DNA of 51,589 nt from a virus. A program made the position numbers and the translations under genes. Below the pieces are notes generated by a model, which saw nothing but the letters and a program-made list of their open reading frames with translations, did not search any database and was not told the DNA's origin. Each line of letters opens with the position of its first letter. The first letter of the stretch is position 1. Of this stretch, positions 11,001 through 18,243 are shown piece after piece. The stretch lies in the IMG/VR virus record IMGVR_UViG_3300024974_000002, positions 1-51,589 of that record. The stretch is one strand, 5' to 3'.

Positions 11001-11410
11001 ATTTGTCGGGAGGCTCAGGAAATTTAATTGCTTTAAATCAAATTATAGGGGGCGTTACAGGTATTACATTCACACCAAATGGAAACGCCTACGTGGTTAC
11101 AGCGAGCGAAATTTATTTCCAGAATAATGACGCATTAGGAACCGCTAATTTGGATGGTGGCATTTTAAAACAAATTGCAGGCACAGGAAAAGGTACGGGT
11201 AAATCTCGTTGGCAAGTATGGACTGGTCAAAAGACCACATCAGGGACAAATATGCAGATTGAAACCCTTAGAGCAAGTTTCGATGAAAACGGAAGATTTA
11301 ATATTGTCACTATGCCTGTATATGCAGATAATGCAACAGCATTATCAGGCGGACTTATTGTGGGTGATTTTTATAGAACTTCTACAGGTTTATTAATGAT
11401 AGTTTACTAA
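8012..11410 (+). CDS. Tail fibre / receptor-binding protein with C-terminal beta-propeller-like repeats
   Basis: 1132 aa, last large ORF of the tail module. Gly-rich linker GGGGGD. Six repeats of the type NGDVYV...IYKQTGGTGSF. Confidence 0.7.
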   Translation: MSFQTFVTERLKAITETLNAIGTNAKKIDELPVQSTLDPASKIHVSKGGTSESLSVQKIIDSIVNKTYSQLLDVGDITVSGLNVIVPSAAMWVYEGIIYQTTAITTIPETLCAAGYLRKDILVANQSNQIILIKGAESETIRIKPNIPIGTVFVTEIDVDDAVIGTPTPPVIGDNFISKVSQSPRRSYDNGIVDLENETRIILYTCTEINYINHLIPGQAYDGRQLFITNENEDESDIVINNLFNHKGNFSFPNAVPFVLKFKETIHTKLFYDFGNKVTYLYVGIIRNQISDITGLTEALEAISPDGLVKEGIISMAGLIATIANEAFVWRINHVEYTNAVFTDTLPATTTGYMRTDIFEGDDNGDIFRKQGNEAIGASLKPSVTVGRIELGSVDVENSTASTPVIPKPKWAVSQQLRDGETGYSPSENVVYDALALKVDKDGAKVLSDNNYTTSEKNKLASIDATHYLPPLQTTVQLSALPQAGISDKARVYVENDLSDYFYDVTASSGDIAPDDQTGGIGFWRKVAVGGETAASIKTKYESNADTNAFTNALKAKLDSITEIFTTALKTGYDGVVTGYTALMATGSRLITSGEITKLSNTSGTNSGDNSTNTQYSGLASSKQDVLVSGTNIKTINGASILGSGDITISGGGGGDMVLASNQTVSGLKMFLNGAFGLRNVANTFTSFFANSNTASRTYTLQNRDGTIADLTDIAGVNSGKMNTPAGTTNYLSKFLTASTIGVSRLFDNGTFFGIGTFGAPTKDITLGNQATREIGVEESNNTTIGRDLTIRAGRTINYIPNSNFNSLNQQFGGYGATSDASGNVYFKAYGGTIYKQTGGTGSFINIGNTGLLGYDIEIAVNGDVYVPGNGYTPGNIYMQTGGTGSFNIVNTIQRTFGDVSAHINGDIYVTADSVLFRRIAGAGDFVAVSGAPVNVTNVECSASGDVYVTGNNKLYKQTGATGSFVDLLQTARNYKYIACAPNGNVYVWENNGDIYNLSGGSGNLIALNQIIGGVTGITFTPNGNAYVVTASEIYFQNNDALGTANLDGGILKQIAGTGKGTGKSRWQVWTGQKTTSGTNMQIETLRASFDENGRFNIVTMPVYADNATALSGGLIVGDFYRTSTGLLMIVY
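10475..11130 (+). repeat. Intragenic tandem repeats (about 40-45 codons, 6 copies) in the tail fibre gene
   Basis: SGNVYF..IYKQTGGTGSFINIGN / NGDVYV..IYMQTGGTGSFNIVN / NGDIYV..FRRIAGAGDFVAVSG / SGDVYV..LYKQTGATGSFVDLLQ / NGNVYV..IYNLSGGSGNLIALNQ / NGNAYV..IYFQ. DNA-level similarity is seen at 10521 and 10651, for example. Confidence 0.75.
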
Positions 11411-11421
11411 ATATTTATACT

Positions 11422-11790
11422 ATGATACAAACAAAAGAAATCATCACTTACGGTGACAGAAGCGAAAAGCAAGGCAAAATTTTAATCGAAGTTAGGCCGT
11501 TAGAAATGGAAAAAACAGGAATCAAATATTTGGTTGTTGATTGGGATATTTCATTGAACCCACCCGAGCCGATTTCATCGAAAGAGATATTTTATTTTAA
11601 TGAAAAAATAGACCAATTAGATGTTTATTTAGAAAGTACCTATGATTTTACAGGTATGACAAAATCAGAGAAAGAGTGGACGAAAGTAAAATTAGCGTTG
11701 ATGTTGGACACACAAACCAATTTATTGGCAAACGGCAAAACAATCAGAGGATTAAATCCAAACGATTGGGAATTTACACCGGAAGAATAA
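11422..11790 (+). CDS. Hypothetical protein
   Basis: 122-aa ORF co-oriented in the operon. Its stop overlaps the next ATG. Confidence 0.6.
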   Translation: MIQTKEIITYGDRSEKQGKILIEVRPLEMEKTGIKYLVVDWDISLNPPEPISSKEIFYFNEKIDQLDVYLESTYDFTGMTKSEKEWTKVKLALMLDTQTNLLANGKTIRGLNPNDWEFTPEE

Positions 11791-12257
11791 TGCTAGGCTC
11801 TAATTCTAACTATTTCAGGCAACCAAAAGAAATCCTTGTTGACTCCAGAGACAAAGTGTTTAGGCTTTTGGATTTGAAAGGCTATAGCTTTAATGAAATA
11901 GCTGTTTACTTAAAAGCATTCGATTATTTCTGTGAAAAAGTAGATCAGTTTGACGGAGCCACCATAGTAAAAGATTTGCAGGATTTACCAAGATTAGATC
12001 TTGATGCCATGTTACATGACTTTCATTATTTGAACTATAATGTAGGAGTTAATTTCATTACAAAATGGCAGGCTGATTGGATTTATGCCAAAGGAAACGA
12101 GCGAAAGGGTAAAGGTTCTTACAGTTCTTTTTCAAGATTCATCGGATTGACTTTTATAGGAATTGGATTTGTTCCTTATGCTTATTTAAAACAAGGAAAG
12201 ATTTCAATTGTTCAGAAAAAACAATTTTTAGAAGAGTATAAATTATTAATAAAATAA
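11790..12257 (+). CDS. Hypothetical protein (start trimmed to ATG 11790)
   Basis: ATG 11790 overlaps the upstream stop (ATAATG). The track start 11676 would overlap the previous gene by 115 nt. Confidence 0.6.
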   Translation: MLGSNSNYFRQPKEILVDSRDKVFRLLDLKGYSFNEIAVYLKAFDYFCEKVDQFDGATIVKDLQDLPRLDLDAMLHDFHYLNYNVGVNFITKWQADWIYAKGNERKGKGSYSSFSRFIGLTFIGIGFVPYAYLKQGKISIVQKKQFLEEYKLLIK

Positions 12258-12260
12258 CGC

Positions 12261-12779
12261 ATGAAAAAAATACTTTGCCACATCATTCTATTAGCTGACA
12301 ATCGGCCATCATTTATTGAAAAAATCACTTATTTTTTTAGTGTAATAGCAACTTTAACACCAGTGGCTTTTGTGCTTGATGGACTTAATTTATGGTTTAA
12401 AACCAATCAGCAGTTTTCGTCATTCGTGCTTATTTGTTTGCTTGTAAATTTATTCGTTGGCGCTAGATTTCATTATAAGATGAATACTTTTTCTTGGAAA
12501 CAGCTATTAACACGAAACTCCGAGATGTGGGTAGTTTTGATTATAGTATATGCTTTACTTGAAATGTTAAGGCTTACGGCTGGTAATAATTTTGTAGGTG
12601 AAGGGTTTAAAATCATGATACAAGTAATGACACTTTTGTACCCAATATCAAAAGCTTTAAAAAATATTTATATCCTTTCTAATAAGCAATTCCCTCCGGC
12701 TTTTATAATGGATAAGATTTACAACTTTGAGAAAACAGGTGACATAAAGGATTTGTTTGATACTGATAAAAAAGAGTAG
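12261..12779 (+). CDS. Holin-like multi-pass membrane protein
   Basis: Several hydrophobic segments (FFSVIATLTPVAFVL, FSSFVLICLLVNLFVG, MWVVLIIVYALL, IMIQVMTLLYPI). Lies immediately upstream of the muramidase. Confidence 0.5.
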   Translation: MKKILCHIILLADNRPSFIEKITYFFSVIATLTPVAFVLDGLNLWFKTNQQFSSFVLICLLVNLFVGARFHYKMNTFSWKQLLTRNSEMWVVLIIVYALLEMLRLTAGNNFVGEGFKIMIQVMTLLYPISKALKNIYILSNKQFPPAFIMDKIYNFEKTGDIKDLFDTDKKE

Positions 12780-12781
12780 CC

Positions 12782-13324
12782 ATGAAAAAAATAACACTCG
12801 AAGAAATACATTCGTTATCCAAAGAATTTGGAGTGCCAGTTTCAAGAATTCAAGCCATTAAGCACGTAGAAAGTGGAGGAATTGGTTTTGATAAAAAAAC
12901 GGGTAAGATAATCATCCAGTTTGAGCCAGTTTGGTTCAAAAGAAAATCACCATATACACCTTCAGGGAAATGGTCACTTAACGGAGTTGAGCGTCAGGCT
13001 CAAGAGTGGATTGCTTTTAATGATGCTTTCGCAAAAAATCCTAATGCAGCGATGGAAGCTACATCTATAGGAATTATGCAAGTCATGGGTTTTCATTGGA
13101 AATTATTAGGTTTTGTTTCTGTTGGGGCTATGTGGGATTATGCCAAAGAATCAGAACACAACCAATTAAGATTGGGCTTACTTTTCATCAAGTCAAACAA
13201 AAAAATGTTTGATGCATTGGTAAAAGGCGCGTGGAAAGTTGTGGCTTACTATTATAATGGAGAAAACTATTGGATTTTACAATATGATTTAAAATTGGCA
13301 GCAGCCGAAAAACTATACTTATGA
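12782..13324 (+). CDS. Endolysin, N-acetylmuramidase family (PF11860/DUF3380-like)
   Basis: IQAIKHVESGGIGF, IIIQFEPVWFKR, ATSIGIMQVMGFHWKLLGF and YYYNGENY..QYDLKLAAA match my recollection of the family pattern (AVxEVESxGxGF, ILFERHxF, SWGLFQIMGFN, YNGPxY..YDxKLAAAY). Confidence 0.85.
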   Translation: MKKITLEEIHSLSKEFGVPVSRIQAIKHVESGGIGFDKKTGKIIIQFEPVWFKRKSPYTPSGKWSLNGVERQAQEWIAFNDAFAKNPNAAMEATSIGIMQVMGFHWKLLGFVSVGAMWDYAKESEHNQLRLGLLFIKSNKKMFDALVKGAWKVVAYYYNGENYWILQYDLKLAAAEKLYL

Positions 13325-13941
13325 ATTTTATCACACCATATATCCAAACAATCAGAACCATTTTAATAATTGCCGGAATTGCTTTGGCAATTTGGTTTTA
13401 CAAAGATTGTCAGTTTCAGACAGCAGAAAACAAAAGACAATCTGAAAATATGCATCAAACACGCATTGCTGACAGTTTGCATTTTTCTAGTCAAAATTTA
13501 AACTCTGATGAGATAAAAGAGTATTTGGAATATCAGAATTCAGATCTAAAAAATAAGCTCGCAAAAGAAGGTATTAAGCTAAATAGAATTGAAGGTATCA
13601 TTGCTCAAACATTCAAATATCGAGATACTTCCAAAAGAGAAACCGATGTTTCCGGATTGGTTGCTGCAATAAAAAACAGCATTCCAAAAGAACAAGAATG
13701 GAGCGATTCGACAAAATGCCAAACCATAAAAGGATCCGTTTCTTTTGATGGCCAAAAACTTAAAGTCATTGTTAATGATCGTGAGTTTAAAAATAAATCG
13801 GATGCTGTTGCATTTTGGGAAAGGCGACAATGGAATTTTTTAGGAATAAAAACCCGGTTCCTGGGAAAGAAACAATTTACTTCAAAAGTATTCGATGAAT
13901 GTGGAGAAACTAAAATATTGAAGATTGAAAAGAAAAATTAG
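13321..13941 (+). CDS. Membrane-anchored protein, possible spanin-like lysis accessory
   Basis: N-terminal signal-anchor IRTILIIAGIALAIWF. ATGA overlap with the endolysin stop. Last gene of the lysis cassette. Confidence 0.35.
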   Translation: MNFITPYIQTIRTILIIAGIALAIWFYKDCQFQTAENKRQSENMHQTRIADSLHFSSQNLNSDEIKEYLEYQNSDLKNKLAKEGIKLNRIEGIIAQTFKYRDTSKRETDVSGLVAAIKNSIPKEQEWSDSTKCQTIKGSVSFDGQKLKVIVNDREFKNKSDAVAFWERRQWNFLGIKTRFLGKKQFTSKVFDECGETKILKIEKKN

Positions 13942-13969
13942 TTTTGGTTAATTAGTTTGAATTGGGGAG

Positions 13970-13997
13970 AAGCGCATCAGAAATGGTGCGTTTTTTT
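13970..13997 (+). terminator. Putative intrinsic terminator after the lysis cassette
   Basis: AAGCGCA-tcagaaatgg-TGCGTTT, a 7-bp stem with one G-U, followed by a T-run. Confidence 0.4.
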
Positions 13998-14101
13998 ATT
14001 TCAGTTAGTTCCAAAATGGAAACAACTGAAAACCTCGCTAACCATTAGTGGCCATATTTAAAAAAAACTTTCGAATTTCTCTAAAAATAAATGCTTTTTT
14101 G

Positions 14102-14133
14102 TTTGCACGTTACAAAAATGTAACGTATATTTG
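14102..14133 (+). promoter_or_regulatory. Bacteroidota-type promoter (TTTG-N20-TATATTTG) with an embedded perfect palindrome ACGTTACA-AAAA-TGTAACGT
   Basis: TTTG at 14102..14105, palindrome at 14107..14126, TATATTTG at 14126..14133. Confidence 0.55.
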
Positions 14134-14471
14134 TGGTGTAGTTAAGAGATAGCTACCTTGATTGTTTAACCAAATTCATTTAAACTATGAATTTTAAAGT
14201 GAAAATCCACTTTAGTAAAACAAAAAAAAGCTGGAAAATCCTCCTCAGAATTTCAGCCAGCTTTAAAAAGTTTCTAAGTTTATTAACTTAAAGTGGTGGG
14301 AGGGGAGAAATCCTCTCCCTACTTTCACTTTGCAAAATTACAACAAATTATGATAAAAGCAATTATTAAGTTCTTTAGGAACTTTTATGAGAAAGAAATC
14401 GATTATGAATTCGAGTTTGAATTTTCGATTTATGATGTTGTTTTCGGAGTATTAATTTTAATTTGGATTAT

Positions 14472-14675
14472 ATGGATACTTACGAAGTAAAAGAAAAAGT
14501 ATTGAAAATACTTGACGATTTCGGAATGACTGGAAGCAAAGCGGCTGAAGCGATGGGTGTGACTTATGCCACGTTTCGGAATAAGAAAAATGACAATGCC
14601 AAAGGTCATTCCTTCAATGAAAAGAATTATTTGGATTTAGTGAAATTCATCAAGGAAAAAGCAATCAATTTGTAA
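14472..14675 (+). CDS. Small HTH protein (excisionase or regulator candidate, convergent with the integrase)
   Basis: GMTGSKAAEAMGVTYATFRNKKN looks like a helix-turn-helix. ATG 14472 is preferred over the TTG at 14463. Confidence 0.45.
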   Translation: MDTYEVKEKVLKILDDFGMTGSKAAEAMGVTYATFRNKKNDNAKGHSFNEKNYLDLVKFIKEKAINL

Positions 14676-14705
14676 ATTGGACAAATTTTGTCCAATTTAC
14701 TTTTT
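14672..14705. terminator. Bidirectional hairpin terminator
   Basis: GTAAATTGGACAAA / TTTGTCCAATTTAC, 14-nt perfect inverted arms, followed by TTTTT. Confidence 0.7.
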
Positions 14706-14825
14706 CCTATTCCTCCAACTGTCATTATGGTATTTGTCGGATGGATGGCTTTTGAATTTCTCCCAAAGCAACCGGCCCAAAAATATAAAAGCCGCTGCCG
14801 AAATTATGATGTCTAGTATTGTCAT
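14697..14825 (-). CDS. Possible 42-aa membrane peptide downstream of the integrase
   Basis: Not in the ORF track (<60 aa). Reads MTILDIIISAAAFIFLGRLLWEKFKSHPSDKYHNDSWRNRKK. Co-oriented with the integrase and starts 10 nt after its stop. Confidence 0.25.
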   Translation of the reverse strand: MTILDIIISAAAFIFLGRLLWEKFKSHPSDKYHNDSWRNRKK

Positions 14826-14835
14826 ATATGCAAAT

Positions 14836-16050
14836 TTATAGATTTAAAAATTGAATGTTTATTTTTTTCAAAGCTTCGTTTTTTCGTTTATTTCTACCAA
14901 CCAAATATACAGTTTCTGTAACATCGGTTTCGTGTGATGCCATTCCTTTTGATAAATTCAATGCAGCATCTGAAGCTCTGTCCAGTTCATCCAGAAACAA
15001 ATGTTTCAAAGCATAGAAATCAGCAGTCACATTATATTTGTCTTTTACCAATCGCTTCCATCGCAAGCCAATTTGTCGTGGCTGTGTTGGAATTAATGAT
15101 GGTTGCAATCCTCTTGTAAACAAATAATCATCGTCATCGGTACATTCTCCTATTATTTCGGTCCAAAATTTTAAAACGTTTGGCAAAATAACCTTAATTA
15201 CTTCCTTGCTAACGCTACCTTTCAAAATAGTAACTTTATATTCCTGCTTGGCCAGATTAACATCTTTCTTTTGAACTCGAAACAATTCAGCGCTTCTGCC
15301 ACCGGAATGAAAGAATATCATACCATATCTGAAAAAAGTATAATTTTCAGTTTTTAGAATCTTGAATATTTTATTCAGTTCGTCAACTTCAAGGGTTTCA
15401 CGAATTTTCTTTACTGTTTTTTTCTTTTTGATGTCCTTAATAGGATTGTGAAAAACCATTCTTTTTTCTACCAAGTCTGAAAGTACAATAGATAAATGAG
15501 TAAGGTACTTATTGTATTCGTTTGGTGTCAAATCCAAAGGATCTAACAAATCACGTATATGGCCACTGTGAATTTCACAGATAGGAAAGTCAAGTTTCAA
15601 TGCAATAGCCGATTTATCCACCTTAGCGACAATTCTTCTAATCTCTTTTGTTACACCAGGAGAAACCGTTAATAAAGGATATGCAATTTTAAGAGCTTTA
15701 ACAAAATTTAATTTTGGATGTAGCTTTTCTGCTTCCGGTTCCGGTTCTGCAATTGGTTTTACTACATATTTTTTAGTAATCGGGTTGTAACCTTTCTCTT
15801 CAAATAGTTTAGGTATCTCTTTTAGCCATGTTTCAATCACGGCTTTACGATCTTCCAAAGTTCGGAACCGGTTTAATTTTCTTCTGAAAAGAAACCCTTT
15901 TGGGTATTTCTCTTTGAACAATGGATCGTAGAATTTGCATTCTATACGCCAATCAAGCTTTAAAGATTTCTGAGAAGTCAATGTTTTCCAGTTCTCCGGA
16001 TGTACCCATAGGTCAGAGTACGCACAATCGAATAATAAATTTGTTGCCAT
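14836..16050 (-). CDS. int: Tyrosine-type site-specific integrase
   Basis: 404 aa next to attP. C-terminal catalytic region has GGRSAEL (Arg), ILKGSVSKE (Lys), ALKHLF and ASHETDVTETVYL (His...Tyr). Confidence 0.8.
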   Translation of the reverse strand: MATNLLFDCAYSDLWVHPENWKTLTSQKSLKLDWRIECKFYDPLFKEKYPKGFLFRRKLNRFRTLEDRKAVIETWLKEIPKLFEEKGYNPITKKYVVKPIAEPEPEAEKLHPKLNFVKALKIAYPLLTVSPGVTKEIRRIVAKVDKSAIALKLDFPICEIHSGHIRDLLDPLDLTPNEYNKYLTHLSIVLSDLVEKRMVFHNPIKDIKKKKTVKKIRETLEVDELNKIFKILKTENYTFFRYGMIFFHSGGRSAELFRVQKKDVNLAKQEYKVTILKGSVSKEVIKVILPNVLKFWTEIIGECTDDDDYLFTRGLQPSLIPTQPRQIGLRWKRLVKDKYNVTADFYALKHLFLDELDRASDAALNLSKGMASHETDVTETVYLVGRNKRKNEALKKINIQFLNL

Positions 16051-16065
16051 AATGTAATTACTTTA

Positions 16066-16089
16066 GGGTTGTCGGTAGGGTTGCCGATT
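16066..16089. repeat. Tandem GGGTTGYCGRT repeats (arm-type site candidates); third copy at 16319..16330
   Basis: GGGTTGTCGGTA GGGTTGCCGATT, and GGGTTGCCGGTA at 16319..16330. The copies flank the tRNA-derived core. Confidence 0.5.
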
Positions 16090-16122
16090 TAAGTAATTAC
16101 AAGCCGTAAGATTTTTTATTAA

Positions 16123-16159
16123 AACACTTAAACCCTTGTTGGGAGTGGGTTTAAGTGTT
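16123..16159 (-). terminator. 13-bp perfect hairpin immediately downstream (minus strand) of the tRNA 3' fragment
   Basis: AACACTTAAACCC-ttgttgggagt-GGGTTTAAGTGTT. It would terminate the reconstituted tRNA gene after integration. Confidence 0.55.
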
Positions 16160-16169
16160 GTTTTAATTT

Positions 16170-16212
16170 GTAGCGAGGACGGGAGTTGAACCCGTGACCT
16201 CAGGGTTATGAA
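16170..16212 (-). other. attP core: 3' portion of a tRNA-Met(CAU)-type gene (anticodon loop to acceptor end), no matching 5' half
   Basis: The minus strand reads TTCATAA-CCCTG-AGGTC-ACGGG-TTCAACT-CCCGT-CCTCGCT-A. The upstream sequence (AATAGT) cannot pair as the 5' anticodon stem. Confidence 0.75.
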
Positions 16213-16318
16213 AACTATTACCCTATTTTTATCCTATTGTAATTACTGTAAAATCAGGCTTTTAATTATTTTGTTTTTTTCAATTTTTAGTCGTTTTTAT
16301 ATTTTTGGTTATTTATCA

Positions 16319-16330
16319 GGGTTGCCGGTA
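16319..16330. repeat. Third GGGTTGCCGGTA copy on the other side of the attP core
   Basis: Same 10-12-mer as at 16066..16089. Confidence 0.5.
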
Positions 16331-16336
16331 ACTCTT

Positions 16337-16606
16337 TTACGTTAACTCCTTTGTTGTAGCGGCTTTCGATGGATTGAATATGTTTTTTTGAATTCCAAAA
16401 ATCCAGTTTGCATTGACATTATATTTTTTACAGATCGTTTCTATATGCAGCACAGTAAAATGATTCAAGCCTTTTTTTACCTTGGAAACGGTTTGCTCTA
16501 AAACTTCTATTTCTTGACAAAAATCTTTTGTAGATGAAATCTTCTTTTGGTATTTCAAAAGATCAATCAAGTGGATTATATTTTCGTCTGAAGTGTACAT
16601 TACCAA
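16337..16606 (-). CDS. Xre-like HTH regulator
   Basis: FCQEIEVLEQTVSKVKKGLNHFTVLHIETICKKYNVNANWIFG resembles HTH_XRE with the typical C-terminal xxNxxWLxxG tail. Confidence 0.55.
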   Translation of the reverse strand: MVMYTSDENIIHLIDLLKYQKKISSTKDFCQEIEVLEQTVSKVKKGLNHFTVLHIETICKKYNVNANWIFGIQKNIFNPSKAATTKELT

Positions 16607-17154
16607 TCATTTTTTTTGCTTTTAATTCCATCACTAATTAAAAATTCCTTCAAGTTCAAGTTGAGGTTATTAAAATATTCCGGAACTGTATTGACAATAA
16701 ACTTGTAAGAGCTTTTTACTTCGCCTTTTTTATCAAAATACGATGCTGTATTATTGATTTCAAAATTGGTCCACAAAATTGATTTGGACATATTGTTGTA
16801 TTCTGAAATACTCAATACATCAAATTTGTATTTACCATCTTTAAATGAAATTTCAATTTCATACTTAGTATCACCACATCTTTTTCCCATATAACTATAG
16901 CAAATCAGATCTTTGCTAAATCCTTCAATACGGATATATTCATTTTCGATATTTGCTTTTATTACTTCTCCTGGTTCTTTAAAAGAATAAGAAACCCAAT
17001 CCAAAGTTTTTTTGTAAAGCTCGGATTGGATTTTCCCATTTACCGGAGTGATTACAAAATCAGTGAGGCCGTCTTTTGTGAATTTAAATTCAGATTCTTG
17101 GCCATAAATTGATAAATTAAAGAATACTAGTAATCCTAAAATAATATTTTTCAT
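16600..17154 (-). CDS. Secreted/lipoprotein-like protein in the lysogeny module (moron; possibly DUF4468-like)
   Basis: Signal peptide MKNIILGLLVFFNLSIYGQ. Lies between the repressor and the Xre-like gene on the lysogeny strand. Confidence 0.5.
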   Translation of the reverse strand: MKNIILGLLVFFNLSIYGQESEFKFTKDGLTDFVITPVNGKIQSELYKKTLDWVSYSFKEPGEVIKANIENEYIRIEGFSKDLICYSYMGKRCGDTKYEIEISFKDGKYKFDVLSISEYNNMSKSILWTNFEINNTASYFDKKGEVKSSYKFIVNTVPEYFNNLNLNLKEFLISDGIKSKKNDW

Positions 17155-17164
17155 AATAATTTAT

Positions 17165-17917
17165 TTAAAAAGTTCTTTTAATAACTTTCAAGATTTGATT
17201 TACATCATTCAAATTTATTGTGAAGTCTGGATGATTTGGAAGTCCGCTTCTGGATCCACAAATAATATCACCGGTTTCTTTATCCATTGACTTTATATCC
17301 TTGAATAGAACTGTTTTTTTATGAACGATTACCCATCCATATTTCGAATGATTAAAGCCATCTTTCCAGTGATGCCTTCCTAGTTCCCGACAAAGTAATT
17401 CTGCGCCATCTGGAGTATCATCTATACCACCACCGTTCATACTATCGCCTTCAACTTCAAAACACATATACTTACCTTTTCCAACGTGGTCAACAGTAAA
17501 TGAAACCTCTTCTAGTTCTTCCAAAAAATCCACGTTTTGAAAATCTGATAAGTATGATCCAAAAGCTCTTACTGGAACCTTTCTCACAATTATTTTGTAT
17601 TTACCGTTTTTTAACTCAATGAATTTGTTGCCGTTTTTGTTTTCAAAAAATTCAGGATCCGGTTCAGATTTAATTATTTCACTATCCTCTTTCTTAAACC
17701 ATTCAATGTCAGCAAAAGGGAATTTGTTTTTAATTGCTGTTAGGACACTTTTACTTCTAAGTACATTCGGAACTTCTCCATTTCTCTCATCAGCCCTAAA
17801 AAGCCTGTTTATATTGGTTTGAGTAACACCAATCAGTTCAGCAAAAGCATTTTGGCTGCCTAAAGAATACTTCTCTATTAGATGGTTTAGCTTTTGGTTC
17901 TCTTTAGGTATTAACAT
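17165..17917 (-). CDS. CI-like repressor (N-terminal HTH plus C-terminal S24 LexA-like peptidase domain)
   Basis: HTH SQNAFAELIGVTQTNINRLF. S24 Ser motif EVEGDSMNGG, with a downstream Lys candidate (VLFKDIK). Divergent from a Cro-like gene. Confidence 0.8.
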   Translation of the reverse strand: MLIPKENQKLNHLIEKYSLGSQNAFAELIGVTQTNINRLFRADERNGEVPNVLRSKSVLTAIKNKFPFADIEWFKKEDSEIIKSEPDPEFFENKNGNKFIELKNGKYKIIVRKVPVRAFGSYLSDFQNVDFLEELEEVSFTVDHVGKGKYMCFEVEGDSMNGGGIDDTPDGAELLCRELGRHHWKDGFNHSKYGWVIVHKKTVLFKDIKSMDKETGDIICGSRSGLPNHPDFTINLNDVNQILKVIKRTF

Positions 17918-18021
17918 AATTGTTTTTAATTGTTGATAACTTTAATTCACAATTGTTTTTAGTTGTGAATAATTGTTTTTATATTTGCATAACAATAATA
18001 AGAACAAAAATAGTAATAAAA
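17918..18021. promoter_or_regulatory. Genetic-switch intergenic region with three AATTGTTTTTA direct repeats, an inverted repeat and a TATATTTG box
   Basis: AATTGTTTTTA at 17918, 17951 and 17971. ATTCACAA...TTGTGAAT inverted repeat at about 17945..17970. TATATTTG at about 17980..17987. Confidence 0.65.
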
Positions 18022-18243
18022 ATGAAACTATCACAAAAAGCACTAAAAGAAATTAAAACAAACAAAGTGATTGGTGCTTTGATTGTTGCAACTGATAAAT
18101 CATATCCGACTATTAAGAGGTGGATTGATTCTGAAAATGAAAAAATAACAGACAGCAGATTGTGCATAAATGTTATCAAGGAACAAACCGGAATGACTGA
18201 AGATGAGATTTTCGAAAAAGAACCTAAAAAACCAAAAAAATGA
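18022..18243 (+). CDS. Cro-like/early regulator (73 aa)
   Basis: ATG 18022; the track start 17920 would cover the operator region. Divergent from the repressor. Small and basic. Confidence 0.55.
   Translation: MKLSQKALKEIKTNKVIGALIVATDKSYPTIKRWIDSENEKITDSRLCINVIKEQTGMTEDEIFEKEPKKPKK

Noticed and set aside
11175-11396. Same-strand nested ORFs (11175..11396, 6137..6403, 31023..31229, 25186..25404, 43744..43962)
   Set aside because: They are out-of-frame inside larger supported genes, with no separate start context and implausible compositions.
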